A stretch of DNA of 64,000 nucleotides from Octopus vulgaris (GCA_951406725.2 OX597814.1:66154001-66218000), one strand, 5' to 3'; shown: positions 27,711 to 43,658, counted from the stretch's first letter. Notes: generated by a model not told the origin, from the letters alone. Made by a program: numbers and translations.

Positions 27711-28954
27711 GACGTTTCTTTACGCTCCGTCTCAATACCTTCCTCAGATTTACCTTCTAGTTTCCTCCTTCGATAAAATAAATACTGAGCAAAGTACTGG
27801 GGTCGATGCTAAAAGCTAAAATCTCCTAAGCCTGTAGGCCAGAAAGAACGCAATCCAGTAAGTGAAGCCAGTGAAAGTATAAAACAATAACAGATTAGGA
27901 TCGAGAGAATGGATAGTAAGAGTAACGAGGATTTAATAGAATTGACAATTTGCACGTTTTTTTTTCACCCGAAGGATATCAATATTTATTCTGAGTTATG
28001 TTAAACTATTAAAAAATACCTACTACTGAGAGAAACCTACCGCTGTGAAACTTTTCTTTTTACTTTTTCAAATTTGACTTTAGAAAGAATTTGTTCTTAG
28101 CAAAACACGTACAAAACTTTTTACTATCATTGAGAAAATGTAGAAATTTACATATATTTGTTTTCTCAATTTTCACTCGTTATGAGTTTGCTAATATTTT
28201 ATCCTTTTTACTTTTTCTTTAACTTTCTGTTCTTTTATTTTATTAATTTGTTTTTGGGGGATATGCTATTATTTTCATAAAATTCGTCGTATTTTCCTCA
28301 ATACGTGAAAATGGGGAAAAAAATTGTTTACTTTTCCAAAAACTATTTTCACCTTGAAAACTATAGGTATTTTTTCTTCACTGTTATTTACTTTTCTTCT
28401 CCCCGCTCCTCGTGACAGCTCTTTATCGCTACTGTTTTACTATTTATTATTCTTATTGTCATTGATTCATCTTTTTTTTTTTCTTTTTTTTTTGGACTTT
28501 CATCGTTATTTTGTCATTGTTGTCTTTTTAAAACATTTTTTTTAATCGAAAGGAAAACAAACGGACTGCAAAAAAATAATAGACAAATTTTCGTGTAAGA
28601 AAGTGACAGCCCATGGTATACTGAACTATGATATCTATCTAAACTAACTGAAATCAGTATGAAAATAAAAGCCATCACGTTCTAGCAGTCAAGGCCAATA
28701 CCATGATATCATTATAAGCTTTATTTTCTCAAGCAAGGACAACCAATAACATATCATACAACTATTGCCAGCTTCAGTAATAGAAGCAAACAAGGAGGTA
28801 CACAATATATCCAATACTATTTCATCAGTTCTGTCAGAGATTCTTCGCTTTTCTGGCAATGCTCAGCTTAAAGGTAGGGTACGCGCCACTGTCCTTTATG
28901 AATATTGCTGTTTGACTAAAATGTGATAAAACACTGATTATATTACAGTTTAGG

Positions 28955-29175
28955 TAAGACGGCGGGCTGGAAGAATCGTTAGCACGCCGGACAAAATATT
29001 TAGCGGCATTTCGTCCGTCTTTACATTCTGAGTTAAAATTTTACCGAAGTCGACTTTGTCTTTCATCCTTTCGCGAAGGTCGATAAATTAAGTATCAGTG
29101 AAATTCTGGTGTAGATGTAATCGACTTATCCCCTCCCCAAAAATTGCTAGCCAGGTGCCACAATTTGAAACCAGT
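28955..29175 (+). mobile_element. SINE family B copy
   Basis: ggcgggctggaagaatcgttagcacgccgg...ctgagttaaaatt...gtcgactttgtctttcatcctttcg. Confidence 0.8.
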
Positions 29176-29319
29176 TTTTATTACAGTTTTAATTTCTCTT
29201 TCATTCTTCGATTATTGCTTGTTATCAGAGGACTCAACTGAGATTACATGTTTGACATTATTCAACAGAAAATGTATTAATACACAGAATTCACGGAGAA
29301 GAATATGTCTATGGATATG

Positions 29320-29484
29320 CGACAGGTTTCCTTTCAATATCCGTCTACTAAATCCACTCACAAAGCTTTGGTCGGCCCGAGGCTATAGTGAAAAAAACAC
29401 CTGCCCAAAGTGCTACGCACTTGGACTGAACCCGGAAACATGTGGTCGGAAGCAAGCTTCTTACCACACAGCCACATCTGCACC
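29320..29484 (-). mobile_element. SINE family A, head + core only
   Basis: ccgtctactaaatccactcacaaagctttggtcggcccgaggctatag...ggactgaacccggaaac...ttaccacacagccac. Confidence 0.8.
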
Positions 29485-29758
29485 TTTATACATTTCACCA
29501 AAATAGAGACTTGAAAAAGAAATCTTTATTAAGAGCAAAATTCAGAAAATGAACTAACATGCATATATTCAAACTTGAAACAAACTCTGAAGGCACCAAA
29601 TAATTGTTAAATCAGGGTTCAAATACCAAATGGACGGATATATAAGAGTGGTCTCACACACATACACACCACACATATTCACGCACACACACACACACAC
29701 ACGCTCTCAGACATATATACGTTCATACGTACATGTATACATAAAAACGTGTGTGCGT

Positions 29759-29805
<47 letters not shown>

Positions 29806-29808
<3 letters not shown>

Positions 29809-30987
29809 CAGGCTGAGTCAAAAGTTTTTATGAGATTCTCACTAATGACTTTTGGCAACTTCTATCTCCATGTTATATCATTAATTTAGTACAACTTGTC
29901 AAAGCGTTGCTGAAATGTTTTTCCTTATTTACGCACATAACATAAACATTAATTGTTTCTTTTGTTTCTTCTGTATTCTATAGCTTTGATAAGTGGTGAG
30001 AAAAAATTACCATTAGAGACATTTTACGCTACCTGTGGGAAAAAGGACTGAATGCAAGGGGAACAACTAAAGAAATTAATGACGTGGAAGCCCCAAGGAC
30101 TGTCAACGCACGTAGAGCACAAGAGTGGTTCAGACTTTTCAAGGTAGATCTTAACAGCCTTGGAGACAAACCAAGGTCAGAGAGGCATTCTATTGTGGAA
30201 GATAAGGCCTTGCTTGAAATGGCTGAACAACAACTAAACACAAGCACTCATACATTGTGGAAATAACTTGATCCTTCAGAAAGCACATTCAATTTACACT
30301 TGAATAAGCTCGGCCTTGTAAACAAACACTGTCATGATACTTTTCTTGACCTAACTAATGATCAGGCTCAACTACGTGTAAACATTTGCAGACAACCGTA
30401 GGCAAATCCTCCAGAGACTCATTTTTGTCGTCGAATTGTAACTGGGCATGAAAAATGGATCTATTTTCGTAATCTTAATAAGAAAAATCAGTAGCTTCGC
30501 TACGGCCAGATTTCAGAACCTGTTGTCAAGCAATGGTGGTTTGAACAGAAGGTCATCTAGTATGTATGGTGGAATTTCCACTTTGAACTTATCCTAGACG
30601 GTAACGCTGTGAACGCTAACCATTACACTCAACTACTGAAGCGCGTATACGTTGTTTTAACAGAAACTCGGCATTGGTCGCCCCAAACGCTGCCGATGTA
30701 TAGAAGTGCAAACTCACAATGCCTACTATACAGATCTTGTACCATCAGATTATCATGTTTTTTTTTAAAGCTATGGCCCATTTCCTGCACAGACAGAGTT
30801 TGAACAATGTTGATGAGGATGAAAACGGACGCAGGTAGGTAAAGGCGTAGAATTGAGCTTCTAGTGAAACGATGTCAACAGACGATAGGGTATGATGAGA
30901 TGTATCGATAAACGCTTTCCGCGTGTAATTAGTTTGAAATATTAATTAAAACTTAAAATACGAAAAATCTTTTGACTCAACCATGTA
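29806..30987 (+). mobile_element. Old, heavily decayed mariner transposon
   Basis: Inverted termini acaggctgagtcaaaag / cttttgactcaaccatgta. Remnants AQEWFRLFK...DKPRSER, RIVTGHEKWI and VWWNF. Confidence 0.8.
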
Positions 30988-31079
30988 TGTGTGTAGGTAT
31001 ATGTGTTTGTATGTATAAATAAATATATATATATGCATATATATATATACATACATACATACATACATACAAACATACA

Positions 31080-31174
<95 letters not shown>

Positions 31175-31547
31175 AGGTAAGATCCAAGGATCAAGGTGCT
31201 GGAAGTTAGTGAGCGTCAAACAACCCATAGAAAATATATAAAACAACTTTCATTTCCTGATTTTTGAATATACATATATATATATATATATATATAGCAA
31301 GAAAGAAAATGGAGGGATACAAAAATGACATGCATCTACCGGTAGACATTCTATTATGTCTATTTATTCTGAAACATAAGGAAGATTTATAAGAATACAT
31401 ACACATGCAAAGATGTACTAGTAACACATAAAAGAGTAAAAGATCAGTTCCTTACGGCCGTTTCTGCCTACAGGCCACGATATCCTCCATGCTCTTGTTA
31501 TCTCCCCTACTTTCCTCCTTGTGTTTGACACTTCTGTCTGGCACTAT

Positions 31548-31700
31548 TCGCCATGATAGATCGTTAGCCACTACACACATTTTTTTCTTTCCTTGCTTTT
31601 TCTGTGTCCCCTTCTGTAGAAGAGCGTAGGCTCGAAACGTAAAAGACTTTTTGTTTTGTACACCACCTGTCTTCGACTTTTGTTTTTTTCGTATACTCTC

Positions 31701-31703
<3 letters not shown>
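31548..31703 (+). repeat. Short dispersed repeat with hammerhead-like motif
   Basis: Reverse complement of 9036-9226. Contains ctt-CTGTAGA-a-gagc gtag gctc-GAAA-cg-TA-aaag at 31611-31645. Confidence 0.65.
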
Positions 31704-31750
<47 letters not shown>

Positions 31751-31751
31751 A

Positions 31752-32063
31752 ATATTTTAAAATAGTGTATATTTAAATGCAAAAGAAAACTACTCTTTAA
31801 CAGGTAATTTTTACATGCTAGAAATAGCAGCCAACACGATTTAATGGCAATTTTCGAAGTAAATGAATTATAAAAACTTTTACCTTGTTATTTTTATAAG
31901 CGGTTATACCATGATTCCGAATTTCTTTTAAATTTTTCATTTACTTCGAAAATTGCTATTAAATCGTGGTTTTGGCCGTGTTGGCTGCTATTTCTAGCAT
32001 GTAAAAATTACCTTTTATAGGGTAGTTTTCTTTTGTGTTTAAATGTACACTATTTTAAAATAA
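31752..32063. repeat. Fold-back element: about 115-bp inverted arms, about 65-bp spacer
   Basis: attttaaaatagtgta...aggtaatttttacatgctagaaatagcagccaacacg...ttttcgaagtaaatgaa is inverted at 31936-32063. Confidence 0.85.
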
Positions 32064-32187
32064 TAATATGTTGTCTATTGACTATTTATACATGCTAGGC
32101 CACTGGTGGTGATATTTATAACGAATATTCGCTACCCTATATATATATATATGTATCTATCTATCTATCTATCCATTTATCTATCTA

Positions 32188-32240
<53 letters not shown>

Positions 32241-32325
32241 ATATATATATATGTGTGTGTATGTATGTATATATATGTATGTATGTATGTATGTATATAT
32301 ATATATATATATATATATACGATTT

Positions 32326-32610
32326 AGTGATGATGATGAGACGATAATGGTGATGATGATGGCGTTAATGTTGACGATGATGATGATGATGATGACGATG
32401 ATGGTGGTGATGATGATGATGATGATGATGATGATAATGATAACGATGACAATGATAATGATAATCTTGATGATTACAATGATGGTGAAGATTATGATAA
32501 TGGTGATAATGATGATGATGATGGTCGTGGTGGTGATGGTGGTGGTGATGGTGGTAGTGGTGGGGGTGGTAGTAGTAGTAGTGGTGCTGGTGCTGATACT
32601 GGTGATGGTT
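32326..32610. repeat. Degenerate (GAT)n to (GGT)n trinucleotide tract
   Basis: Cryptic triplet repeat giving poly-Met/Val and poly-Ile/Thr pseudo-ORFs. Confidence 0.9.
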
Positions 32611-33241
32611 TTTAAGCGAAGGCTTTTCGTTTTAAAGGCGATGGCGTTAACTGTATTGCTAAGCAATATTTGTTGGTGGAGGAGACATTTGCATTGGCAA
32701 TGACGCTTTGAAACTGAGATGTAGGCGGCGGGGTAGCGAAGACGAGGGTAAGATGAGAGAAGTGTGTTCGGTAGAGCTGGCATGAATGACGGACTGACTG
32801 TGTGTACAGTGACAGCGGCTTCCATACAATGTCTACAATGAACGGTTGGTGGTGGACGGGCTGAGGGGATGGGGGTAGGAACTGGCAGGTTTTGCGGGTG
32901 GTCCTATACACACACCGTCTTCAATGAAAGCAGCTCATTCTTTCTACACAGGCACACACACATACACACACACATTCACACACTCACACTCACACACACG
33001 CATACATGCACATGCACACACTTAGACATATGTGCATACATACACGTATATCTGTATACATACACAAGCATATATATGACAGACTGACGCTCATTCATAT
33101 TACCAAATCAACAGAAAAGCAAAATCTTCGAAAGACCTACAAATGAATTGAGATATACACGCTCATATATGTGCATGAATGTATGGATATGTATATATAA
33201 ATATATTATATGCGTAGGAGTGGCTGTGTGGTAAGTAGCTT

Positions 33242-34429
33242 TTTAATTTTGTAATTAATTGCGCTTCTTTTTCGAGAATTCTGTTTTTGAATCATTTTGG
33301 AATCCATTTTAGTTTGGATTTTTATTTCTAGTTAATTTTAGTTAATTTTTGTTTTTCAGATCATTAAAATGGAATGTCAAGTTAAGGAAAATGAGCATTT
33401 TTGACACCTCCTTCTTTTTGCTTTTAATCAAGGTTCTAAGGCCGCAAAAGCTACTCGCGACATTTGTGCTATGTACGGAGAGCTGAAAGAACCGCTCGTG
33501 ATTGGTATGCCAAGTTCAAAAATGGAAATTTTGAACTCAAAGATGCACCTCGATCTGACCGTCCAGTTGAGTTCGATGAAAAGCGATTAAACCAACTTTT
33601 GACGAAAATTCTCGTCAAACGACAAGGGAACTGGCAGAGACAATGGAATGCTCCCACACTACTATAGGGAAGCATCTTCACTCGATGGGAAAGGTTCAGA
33701 AGTATGGAGCATGGGTTCCGCATGCTTTAAGTGTCAACAACAAAAATCAACGAGCCACAATCTCCGCTGGTTTGCTTGCTCGTCACTGCTCAACTCATGG
33801 ACACAAGCAACGATTTCTTTACCGAATCGTTACTGGCGACGAAAATCGTGCCTGTACATCAATATGAAGCAGCGTAAGGAATGGCTTAACCTCGGTAAAC
33901 AAGCAACACCACGCGTGAAACAAGATCTTCATCTGCGTAAAACGATGTTGTGCGTATGGTGGGACTGGGAAGGGATTATCCATTACGAATTGCTTGAACG
34001 GAACCAAACGGTCAAGAGAAAAGACCTAATCGTCAGCATGGAGTTTTCTTCTGCACGACAACGCCCACCCTCACATCGCCAATATGACCAAGAAAGCCAT
34101 TCAAACGCATGGCTGGGAAGTGCTGCCACACCCGCCATAATCTCCTGATTCGGCACCAATGGATTTCCACTTCTTTTGATCTCTTTCAGATGCTATGCGC
34201 GGAGTTTCGTTCAAAACTGATGCAGAATTGAGAGCTTGGTTGGATCAATTTTTCGAGTCGAAATCGGATGATTTCTACCAACGATGTATTGAAAATCTTG
34301 TTGAACGTTGGGAAGAAGTTGTCCACAAGAAGAGTGAGTACATTATTGATTAATTAGTTGTTATTTCTTATTAAACCTTCTAAGAATTTATATTTAAAAA
34401 GCTGCGGGAACTTAGTTGCCAACCCAATA
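33242..34429 (+). mobile_element. Mariner transposon lacking its left TIR, defective
   Basis: Transposase 33369-34353 ([50 protein letters not shown]). Right TIR gcgggaacttagttgccaacccaa-TA. Confidence 0.92.
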
Positions 34430-35699
34430 TATAGTCTTTTATTTGTTTCAGTCACTGGATTGCGGCACCGTGTTGATGTGTTTAGTTTAGTTATGGGCGA
34501 ACTACGCCCCGTGGAACATCCTGAATGCCACGCCTAACAAAAAATTACCTTTAGATTTTGTTGTAGTATGCCACCCCGCCTAATGATGAACTATGTCTCA
34601 TGCGGCCCGTTTCTATTGCATATTCTAGTGGAGAGTTTTGCTGTAAACAAACCCAGACTGGTTGTCAAGCAGTGAAGGAAGAACAAGAACAAACACAGGC
34701 ACGCATACTTATGTATATATATATATTAAGATTGAAAGGCAGACAGAAGGTGGAGGGAGAGAGAGGGTGGAGAGAAAGAGGTTGGAGGGATAGAGTGGGG
34801 GAGAAAGATATGGGCCTTTCGCACAGTTATCGTTTATAATACTCACTCTCAATGCATTGATTTGTCCGATGCTATGATAGAAGACGTGTTCACAGTGCCG
34901 CGTAGTGAGACTGAACTGGAAATCATATGCATGCAAAGCCACTTTCACCACACAGTTATGTCTACGCCTAGATATAATATATATAATAGCACATCTATAC
35001 ATCACTACTACGTTCTAGCAGATTTGAATGTGAAAATCTAATCGCTCTTGTTTTTCGTCGTCGGAAACCACGTTCAAATCTGCCAGAACGTGTTAAAAAT
35101 GAATTGATATATTATTGTTTCGATTCTTACTGTTCTACATACATCCCCTAAATTATTTTCTGACTGGTTTCAGCAAAAATAATTCGGTTGCTGATTTCTG
35201 TTAACCAAAGTTTGTGGTCTTGTTAGATATATCGGTACAGTGGGGTAACTTTGACTAAAAAGACATGCAACACAGCTGAAACACAGCGACGTGTCAAACT
35301 CTCTTACACCAGTGAATAGCATGTGTATAATCACACATTCGCTAAAGGGAGTAAGTGCTCTCTAATAACGATCAACAACAGCGATCGGATATTCAGGTAT
35401 GAAGCTGCTAGAATTTATTATGAATGGACACATCATAGTTTGGATTATCGCTCTTCTGCATGCTCTCCACGAATTATACACACATACATACGTGCATGCA
35501 TGCATACATACATACGTGCGTAGTACATTCATGCATACATACATACACACATACCTACCTACATACATACATACATACATACATGCATGCATGCATACAT
35601 ACATACGTACGTACGTACATACATGCATACGTAAGTACGTACATACATACATACATACATACATACATACATACATACATACTCACATATATCTTTTAT

Positions 35700-35987
35700 C
35701 TGTTACCTATTTCAGCCATTAGACCGCGGCCCTGCTGAAGCAACGCTTTGAAGAATTTTAGTCGAACGAATCGAGTTCTGTACTTTTTTAAGCCTGGTAC
35801 TTATTCTATCGTTTCCTTTGCTGAACTGCTAAGTTACGGGGACGTAAACAGCCAACACTGGATGTCAAGCAGTGGTGAATGACAAACACAGACACAAAGA
35901 CACACACACGCACACAAACACACGCACAATGGGACTGAGCCCGGGACCATGTGGTTGAAACTTCTTACCACAAAGCCACGCCTGCAC
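35700..35987 (-). mobile_element. SINE family A copy with internal deletion
   Basis: gtacttattctatcg...ctaagttacggggacgtaaac...gggactgagcccgggaccatgtgg...cttaccacaaagccacgcctgcac. Confidence 0.75.
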
Positions 35988-36039
35988 TTTATATATAAAT
36001 GTGTGAGTGTGTGTAAGTGTGAGGGTATTGTATGTGTAT

Positions 36040-36055
36040 TAGATAGATAGATAGT

Positions 36056-36151
<96 letters not shown>

Positions 36152-36155
36152 CAGA
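36040..36155. repeat. (GATA)n microsatellite
   Basis: Direct tetranucleotide repeat. Confidence 0.95.
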
Positions 36156-36508
36156 TATTATGTAGATAGGGTCACAACCTAAGCTGTGACTTATTGAAGC
36201 ACATCTGCTTATCCCAATATCCCAAATTCGTATGTAGATGCTATATTTGTTTGAGATAGGCATAAACGTTGAACATTTGAGGGGAAATGTTTTGCAGCGT
36301 AATTATATATTCATTTACTAACAGGAATTGTAAAATTGTACGCGATGGAAAAGCACGAAGGAGATGCATCATATTAGAAATTATTCAGAGACTCAAATGA
36401 TACAAAATTTACATTTCGATCGAGCGTTTATTTATAATTTGTACTTTAGATGGTTGGAGAGGGGAATAATGTTTTCCAATCTCCTATTTATATATACTAA
36501 TAGTATAT

Positions 36509-36685
36509 ATGTACATTATTTACATTATTTACATTTGACGGATAACTTAGGAATGAGAACCCAGGTTCGAAATTTCCCCGCAAGACGCCTGAAGAAGGCT
36601 GGAGGGTATATCAACAAACAACAAACAAGATGAGGACAAATATCCGTCGAATGTAAATAATGTGAATAATGTAAATAATGTACAT
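36509..36685. repeat. Short cassette with 35-45-bp inverted repeats and degenerate hammerhead-like interior
   Basis: atgtacattatttacattatttacatttgacggata / tatccgtcgaatgtaaataatg...aaataatgtacat. Interior has aTGA-gaacc ca ggttc-GAAA and CTGAAGA-aggctg. Confidence 0.7.
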
Positions 36686-36783
36686 AATTCCTCATCGCTT
36701 AAATATAGAACTAAAAGCATATATATATTTATATATATACTTTTTTCATTAAAGCTGCAAAAACAAAAAAAACATCACGAAAT

Positions 36784-36824
36784 CTGTGACTCAGAGTTTC
36801 ACGTTCCCGTTCGTCGGACAGTTT
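36784..36824 (-). ncRNA. Type I hammerhead motif with CCGACGA core and GUC cleavage triplet
   Basis: Minus strand: ctgt-CCGACGA-acg ggaa cgt-GAAA-ctc t gag-TC-acag. All three stems pair. Confidence 0.65.
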
Positions 36825-36849
36825 GCTTTGCCTTTATATGTGTGTGTGC

Positions 36850-36992
36850 GTTCAAATTCCGCCGAGGTCAACTTTGCCTTTCATCCTTTCGGGGTCGATA
36901 AATTAAGTACCAGTTACGCACTGGAGTCGATGTAATCGACTTAATCCGTTTGTTTGTCCCCTCTGTGTTTAGCCCCTTGTGGGTAGTAAAGA
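36850..36992 (+). mobile_element. SINE family B, 5'-truncated
   Basis: gttcaaattccgccgaggtcaactttgcctttcatcctttcggggtcgataaattaagtaccag...tttagccccttgtggg. Confidence 0.85.
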
Positions 36993-37025
36993 AATATATA
37001 TGCGTGTGTGCGTGCGCGTGTGTGT

Positions 37026-37060
<35 letters not shown>

Positions 37061-37062
<2 letters not shown>

Positions 37063-37250
37063 TATTATTATCAAAGCGGCAAAAACATCACAAAAATATC
37101 ACAAAAAACTGCTACTCAGAATTTCACGTTCCCGTTTGTCGGACAGTTTAGATTCAGAATCTAAAGTGTCCGACGAACGAGAATGCAAAACTCTGAATAG
37201 CAGTTTTTTGCGATATTTTTTATTGCTTTTACAGTTTTAATAACAATAAA
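37061..37250. repeat. About 190-bp palindrome of two head-to-head degenerate hammerhead units
   Basis: Centre tttagatt-cag-aatctaaa. Arms 37106-37149 (minus) and 37163-37206 (plus) are diverged copies of the 36784-36824 motif. Confidence 0.8.
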
Positions 37251-38334
37251 ACATATTACTCTACCAGAGAGCTATGGAAACCAACAGTACTATGGGTTAT
37301 AAACAAAATTGCTCATTCCCGTGGCGTGTGTCCACATCAAAAACGAACAAAGACATGATAAATTCAGTGTTCAAACAAAAAAAGTACATCTCAAATCCTA
37401 GATAAAAAGAAAATACACCTGGAATAGCGAATGCAAAGACAATTCGTTAAGAAAAAAAGTAAATAAACAGTTCGGAAATATTGATACTCTTTTATCATTC
37501 CATTCTTTTACTTGTTTCAGTCATTTGACAGCGGCCATGGTGGAGCACCACCTTAAGGGGTTTTAGTCGAACAGATCGACCCCAAGAATTAAGCGAACTG
37601 GGAGATAACATAAAGGGTCTTTCGAACTGATAATAGAGTACCACGTGGGGAAATGTAACTGCGAGGGTGGAGTGAAGAGGATTAAAATAGGAAAATGAGG
37701 TAAGAGAAGGAAGATGGAAATACACAATGAAAATGGAGAGTGGTAGGGTATAGTAGCAGGTAGGAAATTCAGTTTGCCTCTCGTGTTTGACAAAGGGTTT
37801 AGCATTTTAAACGTCCTTGAAACTTAGCGGTTCATCTCTAGAGACGAATATAATAAGTACCACTCCTAAATTAAAAGCTGGATCGTACTGATTGACTAAC
37901 CTGTTCATGGAAGTGACCAGAATTGTCAGAAAACAATAACAAAAACAAGAATATATAAAAAAAATCATGTTTGCTAGTTAGAGCTGAAACTGTCTTATTA
38001 GACTGTTTTGATGTATCTTTTTGTATCTTACACAATATTTTTCTTCTTCTTCTTCTTCTTAGAGGTTAGGGTGTTGGACTCACGATTGTTAGATAGAAAA
38101 GATTCTAGCAGCCTCGCCTCTGGATTCAATTAAGGTACAAGTCAAGTAATTTTGAGGAAAGAAAGTTTGTTGATTACCTATCTGTAGTATGTAGCTGGTA
38201 GCGTATATATTTGCAACTACGAAAGAATGGAAGACAAGGTTGACAATAAGGACGAAGAATAAAATCGTAAAGTTATCTGTCGGCTGGCGCTTTAGCCATC
38301 TTGCAAATCCATACTTAATAATAATAATAATCAT

Positions 38335-38540
38335 AGGCACAAGGCCTGAAGTTTGTGGGGAAGGAGTAAGTCAATCACGACAACCCAAGTACTTGACTGT
38401 TACTTAATTTATCGACCCCGAAAGGATGAAAGGCAAAGTCGACCTCGGTGGTATTTGAACGCAGAACTTAAAGAAGGGTAAAATACCATTAAGCATTTTG
38501 CTCAGCGTGCTAATGATACTGCCAGCTCGTCACCTTAACA
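38335..38540 (-). mobile_element. SINE family B copy
   Basis: tacttaatttatcgaccccgaaaggatgaaaggcaaagtcgacctcggtggtatttgaac...gccagctcgtcacc. Confidence 0.8.
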
Positions 38541-38655
38541 ACCACAATAATAGTAATAATTTCAAAATTTGAGCTCAGATCATAAAGTCGGACCAAATGC
38601 TGCCGAGCATTTTGCTCGTAGTGCTAATGATTCTGTTAGCTTACCGCCTTAGCAA

Positions 38656-38713
<58 letters not shown>

Positions 38714-39190
38714 TAGTAGTTTAATTTTTATAGCGTGCTTTCACTTCACTATCGAGCGCAGCTCTGTGTGCCTTGGGTATGTGCTGTGATTTGTTGTGAT
38801 GCTCTGATGGTTATTGTATGGAAAGTGTTCTGCGTAGATTGTGTGCAGTGCCTAGTAGTGCAATTTTCTGTATGTTATATGTGTTTGTAAGTCCTGGTGT
38901 TTTTGTTATGTATTTGTCTGAATATTTTTTTTATCATGACTAATGCACCTATTATGATAGGAATTGTTTCTGTTTTTAGATTCCACATTCTGGTTACCTC
39001 TATTTCCAGGTCTTTGTATTTTGAGAGTTTCTCCATTTCTTTTAGAGACACGTTGTCATCTGCCGGTATTGATACATCAATTAGAAAGCATTTTTTTTTC
39101 TTCATGATCTCTGACAACTATATCTGGTCTGTTGGCCTTAATTTCTCTATCTGTGTATATCGGCATATCCCAGAGTATGGTTGCTTTCTC
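38714..39190 (-). mobile_element. R4/Dong-clade LINE, short 3' fragment
   Basis: Near-identical to the 3' end of 39266-41864 (CFLIDVSIP...EKLSKYKDL...IPIIIGA). Bounded on both sides by (TAA)n. Confidence 0.9.
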
Positions 39191-39203
39191 ATTATTATTA
39201 TTA

Positions 39204-42027
<2,824 letters not shown>

Positions 42028-42059
42028 TCTGAAAGACATTCAGATAGTTCTTAATTACT

Positions 42060-43590
42060 GGTTATTCTTTACTTGAAAGGAGGCAATAACAAATCACCAA
42101 AGTTTTCAAGTGGTGCCTTCAATTGTGACTCAAACAGACAATAGTTTCCTTAGAATGGGAGCTGTACCCAACAATGCAGTCTTCTGGATCACCTCGAGCC
42201 TGACAGTAGCTCTAGTAATCTTAATATGTTTTTCAAAGCCCTTGGAAATTGCTCCCAAAGCTCCAATTATCACCGGTATCACCATCACTTTCCTTATGCC
42301 CCACAACTTTCTTATCTCCTCCCGCAGTGGCTGGTATTTCTCAATCTTTTCTTTTTCCTTACATTTCACCCTCCAACCGCCTAGTATTGCAACATCTATT
42401 ATCTTTACTTCTTTTTCATCGTTATGGATGAGCACATTATCTTGTGGTCTACCTCTATGACTTCGTCGCACTGCATATAAAAATCTCAGAGTAATCCGTA
42501 ATGTTCGCTTTCCATTACTCCCTCTGGCTTGTGTTAATACTATTGTTTGACTCTCACGAAGTTTGCTTTATCGCACAACAGCCAGTGGAGATATCTGGCC
42601 ATATTGTCGTGTCTCCTTTTGTATTCGAGTTATGCGAGCTGACAGCACTCACTAACAATGTGGTTTATACTTTCTCTCTCCTCACTGTGGCGAGTCAGAG
42701 CTTTTATCAATGTGTTGTTTGGAGTAGTTTGTTCTGAGAGCTTGTTCTTTAACGCTGCACACTAGTGCCTCAGTGGGCCCTTTTAAGTCTCCTTTCTGCA
42801 GGCATTGCCAGGTTCTATTCCAATCAATCTCATCTTTATTTTTCAAGAACTGACTGTGCATTTTCTTGTCCTGCCAAATTTTATTCATCTGCTCTCTCCG
42901 GTCTTTCATAATTTGTGTTGGATCTACGTTCACTTTTAAGGTTCCCTACATTTTCACTGCTTTAATCATTTCTTCTTTACTCCCCTTAACATACCAATCC
43001 AGGCTATTCTCCTCTTCCCTTACACAACCTTCACAACACACCAATCCTCGTCCTCTTTACCTGCAATCTTGACACATCACTCTTGGGGTGTAGTTCCTCG
43101 TTTATTGTCATTAATTTACGTGTTCTCCGGTCTATCTCTTGTAATTCATGCTTCTTCCAAGACACTATTCCTGTCCCATGTTTCATCAAAGCAACAACTC
43201 ATGTCTTAATTGTTCTAATTTTATAGCGGCCATTTAGCTTCGATTGGAGCACAAGCCGAGTTCTCTCAAAAAAATCCTTTTCTGTACATTTCTTACACCT
43301 TGTGTTCATTCTCTTTCAATGGTACCCTAGTACTTATAGCCTTCCTCTCCGACTTCCTTCATAATTTCACCACTTTCCAGCTTGATCCTATGGCTTTTAC
43401 TGATTTTCACCCTTTTGAGAATCATTACATCATATTACTCGATCCCAAATTCCATGCCAATATCTTTGCTAATCATCTGCACATTTGCCGTCAAACTCTC
43501 AATTTATTCTGTTTTAGCGAATAGCTTTAGGTCATCCAAAAACCACAGGTTGTTTACTTTCACCCTGCTTAGCATGTATCCCAAAAATAA
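42060..43590 (-). mobile_element. Second-family R4/Dong-like LINE, older decayed 3' part
   Basis: WQDKKMHSQF, GDLKGPTEALVCSVKEQALRTNY, RPQDNVLIHNDEKEVKIIDVAI, EKIEKYQPL and QKTALLGTAPILRK. Same domain order as the neighbour but clearly different nucleotide sequence. Confidence 0.8.
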
Positions 43591-43596
43591 TCATCC

Positions 43597-43658
<62 letters not shown>

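Noticed and set aside
32181-32825. Met/Val-rich and Ile/Thr-rich ORFs as membrane or mucin-like proteins
   Set aside because: Products of a degenerate (GAT)/(GGT) triplet tract.
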